A stretch of DNA of 64,000 nucleotides, taken from NCBI GenBank assembly GCA_913045195.1, contig CAJWQR010000002.1, forward strand, positions 13,209 to 77,208, given 5' to 3'. Below, piece by piece: positions 9,983 to 19,511 of the stretch (position 1 is its first letter; each line of letters starts with the position of its first letter). The notes under the pieces were generated by a model. That model was not told where the DNA came from, did no database searches, and saw only the letters and a program-made list of their open reading frames with translations. Source of the stretch: an uncultured Legionellales bacterium (GTDB lineage Bacteria; Pseudomonadota; Gammaproteobacteria; Eutrophobiales; Eutrophobiaceae). The translations under genes were made by a program, and so were the position numbers.

Positions 9983-10456
9983 ATGAAGATTAAAGGGGTG
10001 ATTGCAATGATAACAACACGATATATCGGAATAATTTTAAGCGCATTGGTGTATATGCTTCCAAATTTAGTTAATGCGGAAGAGCATATAGTGAATGCTG
10101 CTGCAAGAGAATTTAAGCCTGCTATTATTTATGTTCAGCCAGGCGATACTGTGAAATTTACTAATATGACCTCTCATAATTCTGTGACTTACTTAGTGCC
10201 TGAAGGCGGTACAGGTTGGGGTGAAAAAGGAAAAATGGCTGGCGGAACTTTCATAACACCAGCAATAGATGCAGAAGGTATTTATGGGTATGTTTGTGAA
10301 CCGCATATTGGTTTCGGAATGGTTGGGGTTGTCGTTGTTGGCGGTGTTAGTGCCGATGATAAAGCGGCAATGAAGGAAAGAGCGATGGCAGAGTTACAAG
10401 GCCCTTTTAAAAGACTTATTGGTAAAATTAATAAGATTAAACCGACATTAAAATAA
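9983..10456 (+). CDS. Pseudoazurin (type-1 blue copper protein / cupredoxin)
   Basis: Signal peptide. Contains PGDTVKF...SHN and GIYGYVCEPHIGFGMVGVVVVG, which give the Cu ligands His, Cys, His, Met with pseudoazurin spacing. Confidence 0.75.
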   Translation: MKIKGVIAMITTRYIGIILSALVYMLPNLVNAEEHIVNAAAREFKPAIIYVQPGDTVKFTNMTSHNSVTYLVPEGGTGWGEKGKMAGGTFITPAIDAEGIYGYVCEPHIGFGMVGVVVVGGVSADDKAAMKERAMAELQGPFKRLIGKINKIKPTLK

Positions 10457-10494
10457 TTCACTAATCTAAATTTTAGGATAATTATTAACCCACA

Positions 10495-11355
10495 GTGTAT
10501 GTGGGTTTAAAACATTTTATGAACAGAAGAATATTATTTTTACTACTCACATTAATTGCTAGACCAGTTTTAGCTGATGGCCATTTACCTGATTCAGAAT
10601 ATTTTAAGGTATGCGCTGACCCTTATATGTTGCCCATGTCCAATCAAGACGGCGAAGGATATGAGAATAAAATTGCTGAACTTTTAGCCAACAAGCTGGG
10701 TTTAAAACTAAAGTATGAGTTTTTTCCACAACGCATCGGTTTTATCAGAAATACCCTAAGAGCAGAATCAGATAGCGGGTCAGGTTATAAATGCGATATC
10801 GTTATTAACGTTCCTTCCAGTTTTGAGTTAGCCGCTACAACTGACCCTTATTACACAACATCATACGCGCTTATCTACGCAAAGGGACGTAATTTAGATT
10901 CAGTTACAGACCCGATGATGCTATTAGATGTTGTAAAGACAAGTAAAGATAAAATAAAAATTGGATTAAGTGATATAGGCGCTGCTCAATTATGGGTATT
11001 TTATAATGGATTAATGTCTTATATGACTCCTTATCAAGGGCAGCCAGGAGACCCAAAGGCTAATCCTAATAAAAAACTAATTGATGAAGTTGTAGCAGGT
11101 AATATCGATGCAACTGTTGTTATGGGCCAAGCAGCGGGATATTGGGCAAAACAATACAAAGACAAGGTTGAACTGATTGTATTACCCTTGAAAGATGACC
11201 CGAAAAAGAAGTTACGGCTTACCTATAGTTTTTCGATGGCTGTGCGACACAGAGAAAAAGCCTGGAAAGAAACGATTAATAAATTGATTAAAGAAAATAA
11301 AACAGAGATTGATGATATTTTAATTGATTACAACATACCACTAATAAAGCAGTAG
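10495..11355 (+). CDS. xoxJ: Quinoprotein-dehydrogenase-associated periplasmic binding protein (MxaJ/XoxJ family)
   Basis: PBP type-3-like with the conserved KVCADPYMLPMSNQDGEGYENKIAELLANKLG...YKCDIVI pattern of MxaJ/XoxJ. The real start is probably the internal Met at about 10519 (MNRRILFLLL signal peptide). Confidence 0.65.
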   Translation: MYVGLKHFMNRRILFLLLTLIARPVLADGHLPDSEYFKVCADPYMLPMSNQDGEGYENKIAELLANKLGLKLKYEFFPQRIGFIRNTLRAESDSGSGYKCDIVINVPSSFELAATTDPYYTTSYALIYAKGRNLDSVTDPMMLLDVVKTSKDKIKIGLSDIGAAQLWVFYNGLMSYMTPYQGQPGDPKANPNKKLIDEVVAGNIDATVVMGQAAGYWAKQYKDKVELIVLPLKDDPKKKLRLTYSFSMAVRHREKAWKETINKLIKENKTEIDDILIDYNIPLIKQ

Positions 11356-11365
11356 GATTGAATAT

Positions 11366-12184
11366 ATGAAATTTTTAATGAATTTTTTATTTATTGTGAG
11401 CTTATTATTAACATACTCAGTTGAAATTATTGCAGAAGAGGGTGTTGAAGAGGCGCCAGAAAAATCGAATGTAATAAAGGGCGCAAATGCATTAACCGAA
11501 GAAGAATTAAGTAAGAGTATTGGTCGTTATGGCGAAGTTGATGAAATTCCGGAAGATTTTGAATTTGCATCTGCTGAGAATAAATTATGGTTAGATAATC
11601 ACCTTGGCAATATTACTCAGCCAACAAGCCTATACTATGAGTTTGTTAAATCAGGTACATATGAAGAAGGTTTTAGTGATTCAGTTTATTTAAAAATTCT
11701 AGAATTAAATGATGATGGCACTAAAAACACACTATTGGATTTTTTTACAGCCGAGAGAAAACAAACGATACCAGAAGGCAATACTACACATATAAGAGGT
11801 AACCCGGTACTGGGTATTTATATGAATGGTGATGTCTATGAGATGGCGCGAATGACAGGCGGAAAAGCAAATCGATATCGGTATTTTTTAAAACAAATAA
11901 AAGTTGCACTAAGAGAAACTGCAAAAGTCGAAGCCACGACTTTCAGCTACAATGGAAAAGAATATAAAGGAGAAAAGGTATTCTTCACTCCTTATGTTGG
12001 AGACCCACACCGACGTGATTTTGAAATATTTGCAGATAAATACTATGAAATTATATTTTCTGATGAAATTCCGGGTAAGCTCTACCAAATTACAACGATT
12101 ATTCCTGATAAAAGTAATGAATCGGCAGAGCCTTTGGTTATGGAGACTTTAAGACTGGTTGATGTAAAAAATCAAGATTCTTAA
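11366..12184 (+). CDS. Hypothetical secreted protein
   Basis: 272 aa with a signal peptide and no recognised domain. Co-oriented with xoxF and xoxJ. Confidence 0.35.
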   Translation: MKFLMNFLFIVSLLLTYSVEIIAEEGVEEAPEKSNVIKGANALTEEELSKSIGRYGEVDEIPEDFEFASAENKLWLDNHLGNITQPTSLYYEFVKSGTYEEGFSDSVYLKILELNDDGTKNTLLDFFTAERKQTIPEGNTTHIRGNPVLGIYMNGDVYEMARMTGGKANRYRYFLKQIKVALRETAKVEATTFSYNGKEYKGEKVFFTPYVGDPHRRDFEIFADKYYEIIFSDEIPGKLYQITTIIPDKSNESAEPLVMETLRLVDVKNQDS

Positions 12185-12192
12185 ATATAAAA

Positions 12193-15021
12193 CTATGACC
12201 CGTATAGATATTTAACATCCGACACTCTATTTCCCTTATTTTTATTATTAATCAAATCGCCTGGGCGTTGACCTTTTCGTAATTTTACAGCGCAGTATTT
12301 AAATTCTGGAATTTTTCCAATAGGGTCTAATGCTTCGTTTGTAAGCAGATTAGCCGCTGCCTCATTAAATGAAAATGGCATCATGACAACACCTTTTTGC
12401 ATGCCTTCATCTGCACGTGTTGTCGCTGCAATTTTTCCTCTTCGAGACTCAATGACAAGCATATCCCCAGATTTTAGTGAAAATAATTTAAGATCTTCAG
12501 GATTAATTAATATACATGGCCCTGGTTCGATAGCATCAAGCACTCGTGAATGACGAGTCATTGTTCCGGTGTGCCAATGTTCAAGCTGTCTTCCTGTGAT
12601 AAATACAAATGGGAAATCATTATTGGGAAGTTCAGCAGGTTCCGTGTAATCTGCAGCAATAAAACTTCCCTTTCCGTCTTGAGTTGGAAATATACCATCT
12701 TTAAAAATAATGGGTTCACCAGGGTCGCCAACATTGGTTAATGGGTAGGTGAGTGAGTCAACCTTTTCTAGTCTTTCCCAGGTAATTCCAGCCATACTTG
12801 GTGTCGCAACCCTTATCTCATTAAATACATCTTTTGTAGCCTTATAATTCCAATTAAGACCCATACGATTAGCAATTTCTTGAATGATCCATAAATCTTG
12901 TTTTGCCTCACCAGGTGGCTCAACAGCTTGCCTTCCTAATTGAACACGTCGATCAGTATTTGTAAACGTGCCATCTTTTTCAGGAAATGCAGAAGCAGGT
13001 AATATTACATCGGCATAACCACATGTTTCCGTAAAGAAGATATCTTGAACAACCATATGATCAAGTTTTGAGAGTGCATTTCTAGCGTGATTCAGATTAG
13101 GATCAGACATTGCTGGATTCTCACCCATGACATAAAGCCCATTAATATCTTTGTTGTAAATCGCGTGCATAATTTCCACAATTGTTTTTCCATTATTTGG
13201 GTCTAGTTTTTGACCCCAAAGTTTTTCAAATTTCTTTCTAATTGTAGAATCAGTAACAGGTTGGTAGTCGGGGTAGACCATAGGAATTAAACCTACATCA
13301 GACGCTCCTTGAACATTATTTTGTCCTCGTAAGGGATGTAGCCCCGTACTTTCACGACCAATTTGTCCGGTCATCAGCGCAAGTGAAATTAAACAGCGTG
13401 CATTATCAGTACCATGAATATGTTGGGATATACCCATACCCCAAAATATAATTGATGACCCTGATGTTGCATAAAGTCGAGCGACTTCCTTAATTACATT
13501 TACATCAATTCCACAAATCGGAGATACTTTTTCAGGTGAATAATTTTTAACTGTTTCAATAATTTTTTCAAAGCCATTGGTATGTTCATCAATGAATTTT
13601 TTATTGTGTAAGTTTTCATTGATAATAACGTGCATCATTGCATTTAGTAAAAGCACATCTGTGCCTGGTCGTAATTGTAAGAAATGACTTGAGTGCAGGG
13701 CAATATCAGAGTTATAGGGCTCAATAATAATAAGCTTGCTACCGCGTTCAGATGCATTTTTTAAAAATGTTGCAGCTACTGGATGATTTTCGTGCGGTCT
13801 TGCACCAATAACAATAATAACGTCAGCGTATGAACCGTCTGAAACTTGATTTGATACAGCCCCCGAGCCAATAGTTTCTAGCAAAGCAGCAACAGATGAA
13901 GCATGGCATAATCTTGTACAGTGATCGACGTTATTTGTTCCAAAACCTGATCTAACTAATTTCTGCACTAAATAAGCTTCTTCATTACTTCCTTTAGCAC
14001 AACCAAAACCCGCAAGAGATTGCGAGCTTTTATTATTTTTAATTTTATTAAAACCTTCAGCTGCAAAATTTAATGCTTCATCCCATGTTACCTCACGAAA
14101 AAACTTATGCATATTTTCACGCGTAACTAATTCGGATGTTTTTTTAGAATTTTCTCGCCTAATCATTGGTTTCTTTAAACGATCAGGGTGATGGATATAA
14201 TCAAATCCATAGCGTCCTTTAACGCATAATCGACTTTTATTCGCAGGACCATCTCTACCATCCACATATTGAATGCGATTATTTTTTATATTAAACGAGA
14301 GCAAGCAGCCAACACCACAATAAGGACAAACAGAATCAACTTTTTTATCAGTTTTGACCAAACCAACATTTTTTGCAGGCATTAGTGCACCTGTTGGACA
14401 GGCTTGGACGCATTCACCGCAGGCCACACAGGTACTTTCGCCCATAGGCGCATCCATATCAAAAACAATCTTTGAATGTTTGCCTCGAAAAGCATAACCA
14501 ATAACATCATTTACTTGTTCTTCACGGCATGCGCGTACGCAACGGGTACATTGAATACAGGCGTCGAGATTTACAGCAATTGCAGGATGTGACACATCAT
14601 TACGGATTTTCTCTCTTTCTTCGAAACGAGGATTGTAAAGGGAAAGTTTTTCTGCCCAGTGATCTAGCTCTGAATTAATTTTATAGGGTGACTTTCCTTG
14701 TTGTGGCATGTCTGAAAGCAGTAACTCTAATACCATTTTTTGAGATAAACGAGCTCTCTTATTTGCGCTATTAACCTTCATGCCTTCAGTTGGTTTTCGA
14801 CAGCATGATGGTGCTAGAACACGTTCACCTTCAATTTCAACAACACAGGCACGACAATTACCATCAGAGCGATATCCGTTCTTATAACAAAGATGAGGGA
14901 TTTCTACATTATTGCGTTTAGCAGCTTGGAGAATTGTTTCATCACCAAAAGAGGTGATTTCTTTATTGTCTAAACTAAAGCTTATTATTGTTTCGTTTTC
15001 TTGTTCTGGGTTGGCGGCCAC
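12193..15021 (-). CDS. fdsA: NAD-dependent formate dehydrogenase alpha subunit (molybdopterin, FdsA)
   Basis: 942 aa. N-terminal 2Fe-2S and 4Fe-4S NuoG-like domains (HLCY...CRACVVE; CIQCTRCVRAC). Then a molybdopterin oxidoreductase domain and a C-terminal MGD-binding domain. GTG start; overlaps fdsB by 37 nt. Confidence 0.9.
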   Translation of the reverse strand: MAANPEQENETIISFSLDNKEITSFGDETILQAAKRNNVEIPHLCYKNGYRSDGNCRACVVEIEGERVLAPSCCRKPTEGMKVNSANKRARLSQKMVLELLLSDMPQQGKSPYKINSELDHWAEKLSLYNPRFEEREKIRNDVSHPAIAVNLDACIQCTRCVRACREEQVNDVIGYAFRGKHSKIVFDMDAPMGESTCVACGECVQACPTGALMPAKNVGLVKTDKKVDSVCPYCGVGCLLSFNIKNNRIQYVDGRDGPANKSRLCVKGRYGFDYIHHPDRLKKPMIRRENSKKTSELVTRENMHKFFREVTWDEALNFAAEGFNKIKNNKSSQSLAGFGCAKGSNEEAYLVQKLVRSGFGTNNVDHCTRLCHASSVAALLETIGSGAVSNQVSDGSYADVIIVIGARPHENHPVAATFLKNASERGSKLIIIEPYNSDIALHSSHFLQLRPGTDVLLLNAMMHVIINENLHNKKFIDEHTNGFEKIIETVKNYSPEKVSPICGIDVNVIKEVARLYATSGSSIIFWGMGISQHIHGTDNARCLISLALMTGQIGRESTGLHPLRGQNNVQGASDVGLIPMVYPDYQPVTDSTIRKKFEKLWGQKLDPNNGKTIVEIMHAIYNKDINGLYVMGENPAMSDPNLNHARNALSKLDHMVVQDIFFTETCGYADVILPASAFPEKDGTFTNTDRRVQLGRQAVEPPGEAKQDLWIIQEIANRMGLNWNYKATKDVFNEIRVATPSMAGITWERLEKVDSLTYPLTNVGDPGEPIIFKDGIFPTQDGKGSFIAADYTEPAELPNNDFPFVFITGRQLEHWHTGTMTRHSRVLDAIEPGPCILINPEDLKLFSLKSGDMLVIESRRGKIAATTRADEGMQKGVVMMPFSFNEAAANLLTNEALDPIGKIPEFKYCAVKLRKGQRPGDLINNKNKGNRVSDVKYLYGS

Positions 15022-16688
15022 TTTTCAAATTCCTCAGGAAAATATCTAATCGCACATCTAACTGGGTTTGGCGCCGCCTGCCCTAAACCACATATTGATG
15101 CATCACACATCGCGATAGAAAGTTCTTCTAATAAGTCTTTATCCCATTCCTCTTTTTCCATCAATTGTATCGCTTTTGATGTCCCAACGCGACAAGGAGT
15201 GCATTGGCCGCATGATTCATGCTCAAAAAAGCGCATTGAATTAAGGGCCAGCCCTTTAACTTTGTCTTTATCAGAAAGCACGATTATAGCTGCTGAACCA
15301 ATAAAACAGCCATGTTTTTGTAATGTATCAAAGTCCAATGGCTCATCTCCAAGCGATGCTGGCAAAATTCCGCCCGATGCTCCGCCGGGGTAATAGCCAT
15401 AAAATTTCTGACCATCAAGCATTCCGTCACAATATTCATCTATTAGCTCTTTTATACTGATGCCCGCAGGAGCCAGATGGACTCCAGGTTTTTTAACACG
15501 CCCGCTAACTGAAAATGAGCGGAGACCTTTTCGTTCACGACGACCATTAGATGAAAACCAATTTGGACCTTTTTCAATAATATCTCTAATCCAATGCAGG
15601 GTTTCCATATTCTGTTCTAGAGTAGGGCGTCCAAAAAGTCCAACTTCAGCAACATAGGGAGGACGTAAACGAGGCATACCAGGTTTTCCTTCGATAGATT
15701 CAATCATCGCAGATTCTTCACCACATATGTAAGCCCCTGCTCCTCTTCTTAAATGTATTGTTGGTAGTTTACATGGAGGCATCGTTTTAATTTTATCTAA
15801 TTCTTTTTCTAACAACATCCTGCAGCCCGCATATTCATCTCTTAGATAAATATAAATATCATCTGCTTCAATCGCCCAGTGAGCGATTAGCGTTCCTTCA
15901 ATAAAACGATGCGGATCATTTTCAAGGTAATAACGGTCTTTAAAGGTGCCGGGCTCGCCTTCATCAATGTTAATAGCAATCAATTTAGGTGATTTTTTTT
16001 CACTTAAAATGCGCCATTTTTGACCCGTTGGAAAACCCGCACCACCTAAACCTCTTAACGAAGAGTCCTCAAGTAATTTTATTATATCTTCACGTTTATA
16101 TTTTCCGTCAATACAGTCGATAAGTGTTTTATAGCCACCATTATTTTTGTAAGCATCATAATCAATATAAGATTTAGGTAGTGAGTCCGATAATTTATTT
16201 TTACTAAGCGCAGAAAGAACAGTTTTTACCTCAGCATGTTCTACGGGGTATGTTCCAGTAAGAGCAACCGGTGCCGCAGCACATCTTCCAACACAGGGAA
16301 CAGGTTGAACGCGAATTGTTTTTGAATCTGTTGCTAATTTTAATTCCTTTATTAATTTCTTAGCACCAAACATTTCACAAGTAACCGATTCACAAACACG
16401 TATAGTAATATCTGGAGGAGGAGCTTCTTTTTCATTTATGACATCGAAGTGATGATAAAAAGTTGCTGTTTCATAAACTGCTGCCATAGATAAATTCATT
16501 ATTTTTGCAAGCGCCATAATATGACGACTTGATATGTGGTGATAAGTGTCTTGGATTTTATGCAGGTGTTCTATAAGCATATCTCTCTTAATAGACTCAC
16601 TATCAATTAGTTTTTCTAATTGAGAAATACAATTTTTGTCTATGACTCGACCGGAGATACGACCTTTTTTTCCACGAGTTCTTTTCAT
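14985..16688 (-). CDS. fdsB: Formate dehydrogenase diaphorase subunit, fused FdsG (NuoE-like) + FdsB (NuoF-like)
   Basis: 567 aa. N-terminal thioredoxin-like 2Fe-2S domain (CESVTCEM...CVGRCAAAP). Then a NuoF-like NAD/FMN/4Fe-4S domain (GLRGLGGAGFPTG; ESCGQCTPCR). Confidence 0.85.
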   Translation of the reverse strand: MKRTRGKKGRISGRVIDKNCISQLEKLIDSESIKRDMLIEHLHKIQDTYHHISSRHIMALAKIMNLSMAAVYETATFYHHFDVINEKEAPPPDITIRVCESVTCEMFGAKKLIKELKLATDSKTIRVQPVPCVGRCAAAPVALTGTYPVEHAEVKTVLSALSKNKLSDSLPKSYIDYDAYKNNGGYKTLIDCIDGKYKREDIIKLLEDSSLRGLGGAGFPTGQKWRILSEKKSPKLIAINIDEGEPGTFKDRYYLENDPHRFIEGTLIAHWAIEADDIYIYLRDEYAGCRMLLEKELDKIKTMPPCKLPTIHLRRGAGAYICGEESAMIESIEGKPGMPRLRPPYVAEVGLFGRPTLEQNMETLHWIRDIIEKGPNWFSSNGRRERKGLRSFSVSGRVKKPGVHLAPAGISIKELIDEYCDGMLDGQKFYGYYPGGASGGILPASLGDEPLDFDTLQKHGCFIGSAAIIVLSDKDKVKGLALNSMRFFEHESCGQCTPCRVGTSKAIQLMEKEEWDKDLLEELSIAMCDASICGLGQAAPNPVRCAIRYFPEEFEKWPPTQNKKTKQ

Positions 16689-16701
16689 AATTAGTGGTTG
16701 A

Positions 16702-18084
16702 TTATTTAATTACTGAGAGCATCTCTTCGATGTAAGTGTATTTTTCACGAGGTTTACCTTTAGGTTCTCCGAGTTCTACTTCTTTGTCGTCAATCTGTGA
16801 CCACTCAGAAAAATTGACATGGCGTACATTTCTATTGTTTAGTTTTGCATATATTTCTTTAGTGCCATACTTTTTTTCTCCAGTATCTAATTTTTCTATA
16901 TCATTTAGTAGATTTGCAACTGTTTCTACGCTACAAGCACGGTTAGTTCCGATAATGCCACTTGGCCCACGCTTTATCCAGCCACCAGTATAGAGTTGAT
17001 TAACTATAGTACCGTCATTTTCAGTGACTCTTCCTTTTTCATTTGGGATTGTGCCCCAGCTTTCATGGAAGGGTACACCTGATATTGGAACGCCATGATA
17101 GCCAATGCTACGAAATAATATACCTGTATTAATTTCAAATATTTCATTAGTTCCTTTAGCTGATTGCTTAAAAGGTTCACCGGATAATTCATTTTTTTCG
17201 AGGATTAATTTTTCTATTTGAGTATTTCCAATTATTTCTTGCGGCCCCATTAGAAATCTAAAAAAGCATTTTTTTGATTTACTGGAATCTAACTCGCGTT
17301 TAGAAAATTCACAAAATTGATCATAGACTTTTCTATTAGTCCTATTAGTTTTTTCTTCTAATTCTTTTTTGCTTTCATCATTTAACTGTAAATCATCTTC
17401 AAGAATAATTGGATTACAATCAGATAATTCTCCGAATTCACGTAATTCTTTAGGTGTAAATTTTGCTTGCGCAGGTCCGCGACGTCCGATTACATGGATT
17501 TCTTTTAATTTGCTTTCTGCTAAAACATCTAATGCATGTTGTGCAATATCAGTATGCTTTAATTCGTCAACAGTTTTCGAAAGTATTCTACTAACATCAG
17601 CTGCAACATTACCTTGTCCTATTATGACAGCAACATCTTGAGAGAGGTTAAATTTTAATTCTCTATAATCAGGATGACCATTATACCAACCAACAAATTC
17701 TGTTGCGGTGTGACTCCCTTTGAGATCTTCGCCAGGTACACCAAGTTTTCTATCTGTTTCAGCGCCATATGCAAGAATGACTGCATGATGTGTTTTACGT
17801 AATTCTTCAATAGAAATATCTCTTCCGACCGCTACGTTTGCGATAAGATTAAAATGGGGGCTGTCTGCAATTTTTTTATAGAGATTGATAGCGGTTTTTA
17901 GTTTTGGATGATCTGGTGCAACACCACTTCGAACAAGGCCATAAGGGGAGGGGAGACGTTCAATAATATCCACATCTACTTCAAATTCTGATTTTATCAG
18001 TGCTTCTGCGGCATAAAACCCGCTCGGACCAGAACCTACTATCGCTACTAATAATGGATTTTCACTAGTTCCAAGTTTAGCCAT
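16702..18084 (-). CDS. FprA-type (adrenodoxin-reductase family) NADPH:ferredoxin oxidoreductase
   Basis: 460 aa with an N-terminal FAD Rossmann motif VAIVGSGPSGFYAA and a second NADP motif IIGQGNVAADV. Overall similar to mycobacterial FprA / glutamate-synthase-beta-like reductases. Confidence 0.75.
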   Translation of the reverse strand: MAKLGTSENPLLVAIVGSGPSGFYAAEALIKSEFEVDVDIIERLPSPYGLVRSGVAPDHPKLKTAINLYKKIADSPHFNLIANVAVGRDISIEELRKTHHAVILAYGAETDRKLGVPGEDLKGSHTATEFVGWYNGHPDYRELKFNLSQDVAVIIGQGNVAADVSRILSKTVDELKHTDIAQHALDVLAESKLKEIHVIGRRGPAQAKFTPKELREFGELSDCNPIILEDDLQLNDESKKELEEKTNRTNRKVYDQFCEFSKRELDSSKSKKCFFRFLMGPQEIIGNTQIEKLILEKNELSGEPFKQSAKGTNEIFEINTGILFRSIGYHGVPISGVPFHESWGTIPNEKGRVTENDGTIVNQLYTGGWIKRGPSGIIGTNRACSVETVANLLNDIEKLDTGEKKYGTKEIYAKLNNRNVRHVNFSEWSQIDDKEVELGEPKGKPREKYTYIEEMLSVIK

Positions 18085-18087
18085 AAC

Positions 18088-18335
18088 TTAGAAATCCACC
18101 CATAGAAAAGCGATTTCATTAATACTAAAACTTAAAGTTATTATTTTACTTTTTTGTTGTGAATTGGCGGCCATTTATAAATTTCCAAAAAAATTTTAGA
18201 TTGTACATTATCGGTTTGGCGCCGCCTGTCCTAAACCGAAAATTAATGTTTCAAATTATTATGATTGATGGTTCTTTTATACGGTATTCCTTTATTTTTT
18301 CATTAATTGTATCGCTTTTGATGTTTGAACGCGAC
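18088..18335 (-). pseudogene. Decayed remnant of an fdsB 3' end plus fdsA 5' end (duplicate of the 14985-15200 junction)
   Basis: Nucleotide blocks TTGGCGGCCA, GGTTTGGCGCCGCCTGyCCTAAACC and AATTGTATCGCTTTTGATGT..AACGCGAC are shared with 15001-15200. The minus-strand translation gives RVQTSKAIQLMKK* / GLGQAAPNR* (compare FdsB RVGTSKAIQLMEKE / GLGQAAPNPVR) and MAANSQQKSKIITLSFSINEI...* (compare FdsA MAANPEQENETIISFSLDNKEI). Several in-frame stops. Confidence 0.6.
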
Positions 18336-18336
18336 T

Positions 18337-18642
18337 TTATAAACCTAGTTCTGCTTTACGTTCCTCGGCCCCAGGCAAAGGGTCCATTTGTTCTTCAATG
18401 ACCGGAAGTTCTGCTGCCTTTTGAGCATTGATTTCTATCCAGTGTTCTTGATCCTCAGGGATATCATCACCCTCATAAATCGCCTCAACGGGGCATTCTG
18501 GAACACATGCACTACAGTCAATACAAACTTCTGGGTCAATGTATAACATCTCGTCATCATAGTGAAAGCAAGCAACCGGACACACAGATACACAATCAGT
18601 GAATCGACAGCCTTTACAATTATCAGTTACGATTGTTGTCAT
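18337..18642 (-). CDS. fdxA: 7Fe ferredoxin ([3Fe-4S][4Fe-4S], FdxA/FdI type)
   Basis: 101 aa. The motifs TDNCKGCRFTDCVSVCPVACF and CIDCSACVPECP match Azotobacter FdI-type ferredoxins. Confidence 0.8.
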   Translation of the reverse strand: MTTIVTDNCKGCRFTDCVSVCPVACFHYDDEMLYIDPEVCIDCSACVPECPVEAIYEGDDIPEDQEHWIEINAQKAAELPVIEEQMDPLPGAEERKAELGL

Positions 18643-18692
18643 CGTTTCCTCCTCTACCTCATTGGGTAGTTCCTCTAGGTGATAGTACTATT

Positions 18693-19511
18693 TTATTTGC
18701 TTTTATTTGTTGATAAAAGGATTTCTCCACGATTTAATTCAACTGAATCACCGCTCCAACGCTCAAAGGAATTATTCAAATATGACGAATCAATTGAAAA
18801 ACCATTTTTTTCTAGATAACTAACATAAAATTTAATAAATGAAGGCTGGTATTCACAATTACGAGAAAATGTGGGAAGTAATTTGGCTTTATTAAAACTA
18901 ATAATAGAACCACGCTTCATTCCAGCCCCCGTCCGTATACCCATCCTACCTAAAACAATGATTGTCCCAGCCAACATGTTAACTCCTGTGAAATCACCGG
19001 AATCTCCTCCAACAGCAATCAAACCTCGACGCATAACATGACCGGTTTCATTTTTCACATTACCATGAACAATGATTTCGCCTCCTTGCATACCAATGGC
19101 GCTTCCACGGTATCCACTACCAGTCATATGACCTGCATTTCCTTTAACTACAATTTTTCCACCTTGCATTTCTGCAGCTAACCAATCAGAAGCATTACCC
19201 TCAATTATAATTTCACCACCCCGCATTCCAGCTCCAGTATGCAAACCAATATTACCTTCCACTGTAATTTTACCAAATGACATTGAAGCACCCACATGTT
19301 TAATATTTGATAAATCACCATCAATATTTATCTCGCCATCGAAGCTTCCATTACATTCAAAAAATTCACCGAGTTCTACTTGTCGATTTCCATGAAAAAC
19401 AGTCATAGCAGTGATTTCATTATTTTTCAAAGATTGTACTATGTCAGGACAAATACAGTCAGCTTCTAATGGTACTTCGGGTTGGGTATGTAATTTAAGA
19501 TGAAGTGGCAT
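18693..19511 (-). CDS. fhcC: Formyltransferase/hydrolase complex subunit C (FwdC homologue)
   Basis: 272 aa of repeated GxxG / G-rich beta-helix repeats (GNIGLHTGAGMRGGEIIIEGNASDW...), typical of FwdC/FhcC and the glutamate-synthase C-terminal domain. Confidence 0.85.
   Translation of the reverse strand: MPLHLKLHTQPEVPLEADCICPDIVQSLKNNEITAMTVFHGNRQVELGEFFECNGSFDGEINIDGDLSNIKHVGASMSFGKITVEGNIGLHTGAGMRGGEIIIEGNASDWLAAEMQGGKIVVKGNAGHMTGSGYRGSAIGMQGGEIIVHGNVKNETGHVMRRGLIAVGGDSGDFTGVNMLAGTIIVLGRMGIRTGAGMKRGSIISFNKAKLLPTFSRNCEYQPSFIKFYVSYLEKNGFSIDSSYLNNSFERWSGDSVELNRGEILLSTNKSK

Noticed and set aside
10483-10501. Hairpin ACCCACA-GTGTA-TGTGGGT between the pseudoazurin gene and xoxJ as a terminator
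   Set aside because: It is a 7-bp stem with no following U-tract and overlaps the annotated xoxJ 5' end. It is more likely an mRNA structure or attenuator than a true terminator, so it was not listed as a feature.
15001-15393. 130-aa plus-strand ORF inside fdsB
   Set aside because: It is antisense to a strongly supported NuoF-like coding region. This is a typical spurious shadow ORF.
18159-18401. 80-aa plus-strand ORF (MNWRPFINFQ...) in the fdx-fprA spacer
   Set aside because: It is the mirror-strand reading of the decayed fdsB/fdsA remnant and overlaps the ferredoxin 3' end. There is no RBS and the composition is driven by the pseudogene on the other strand.
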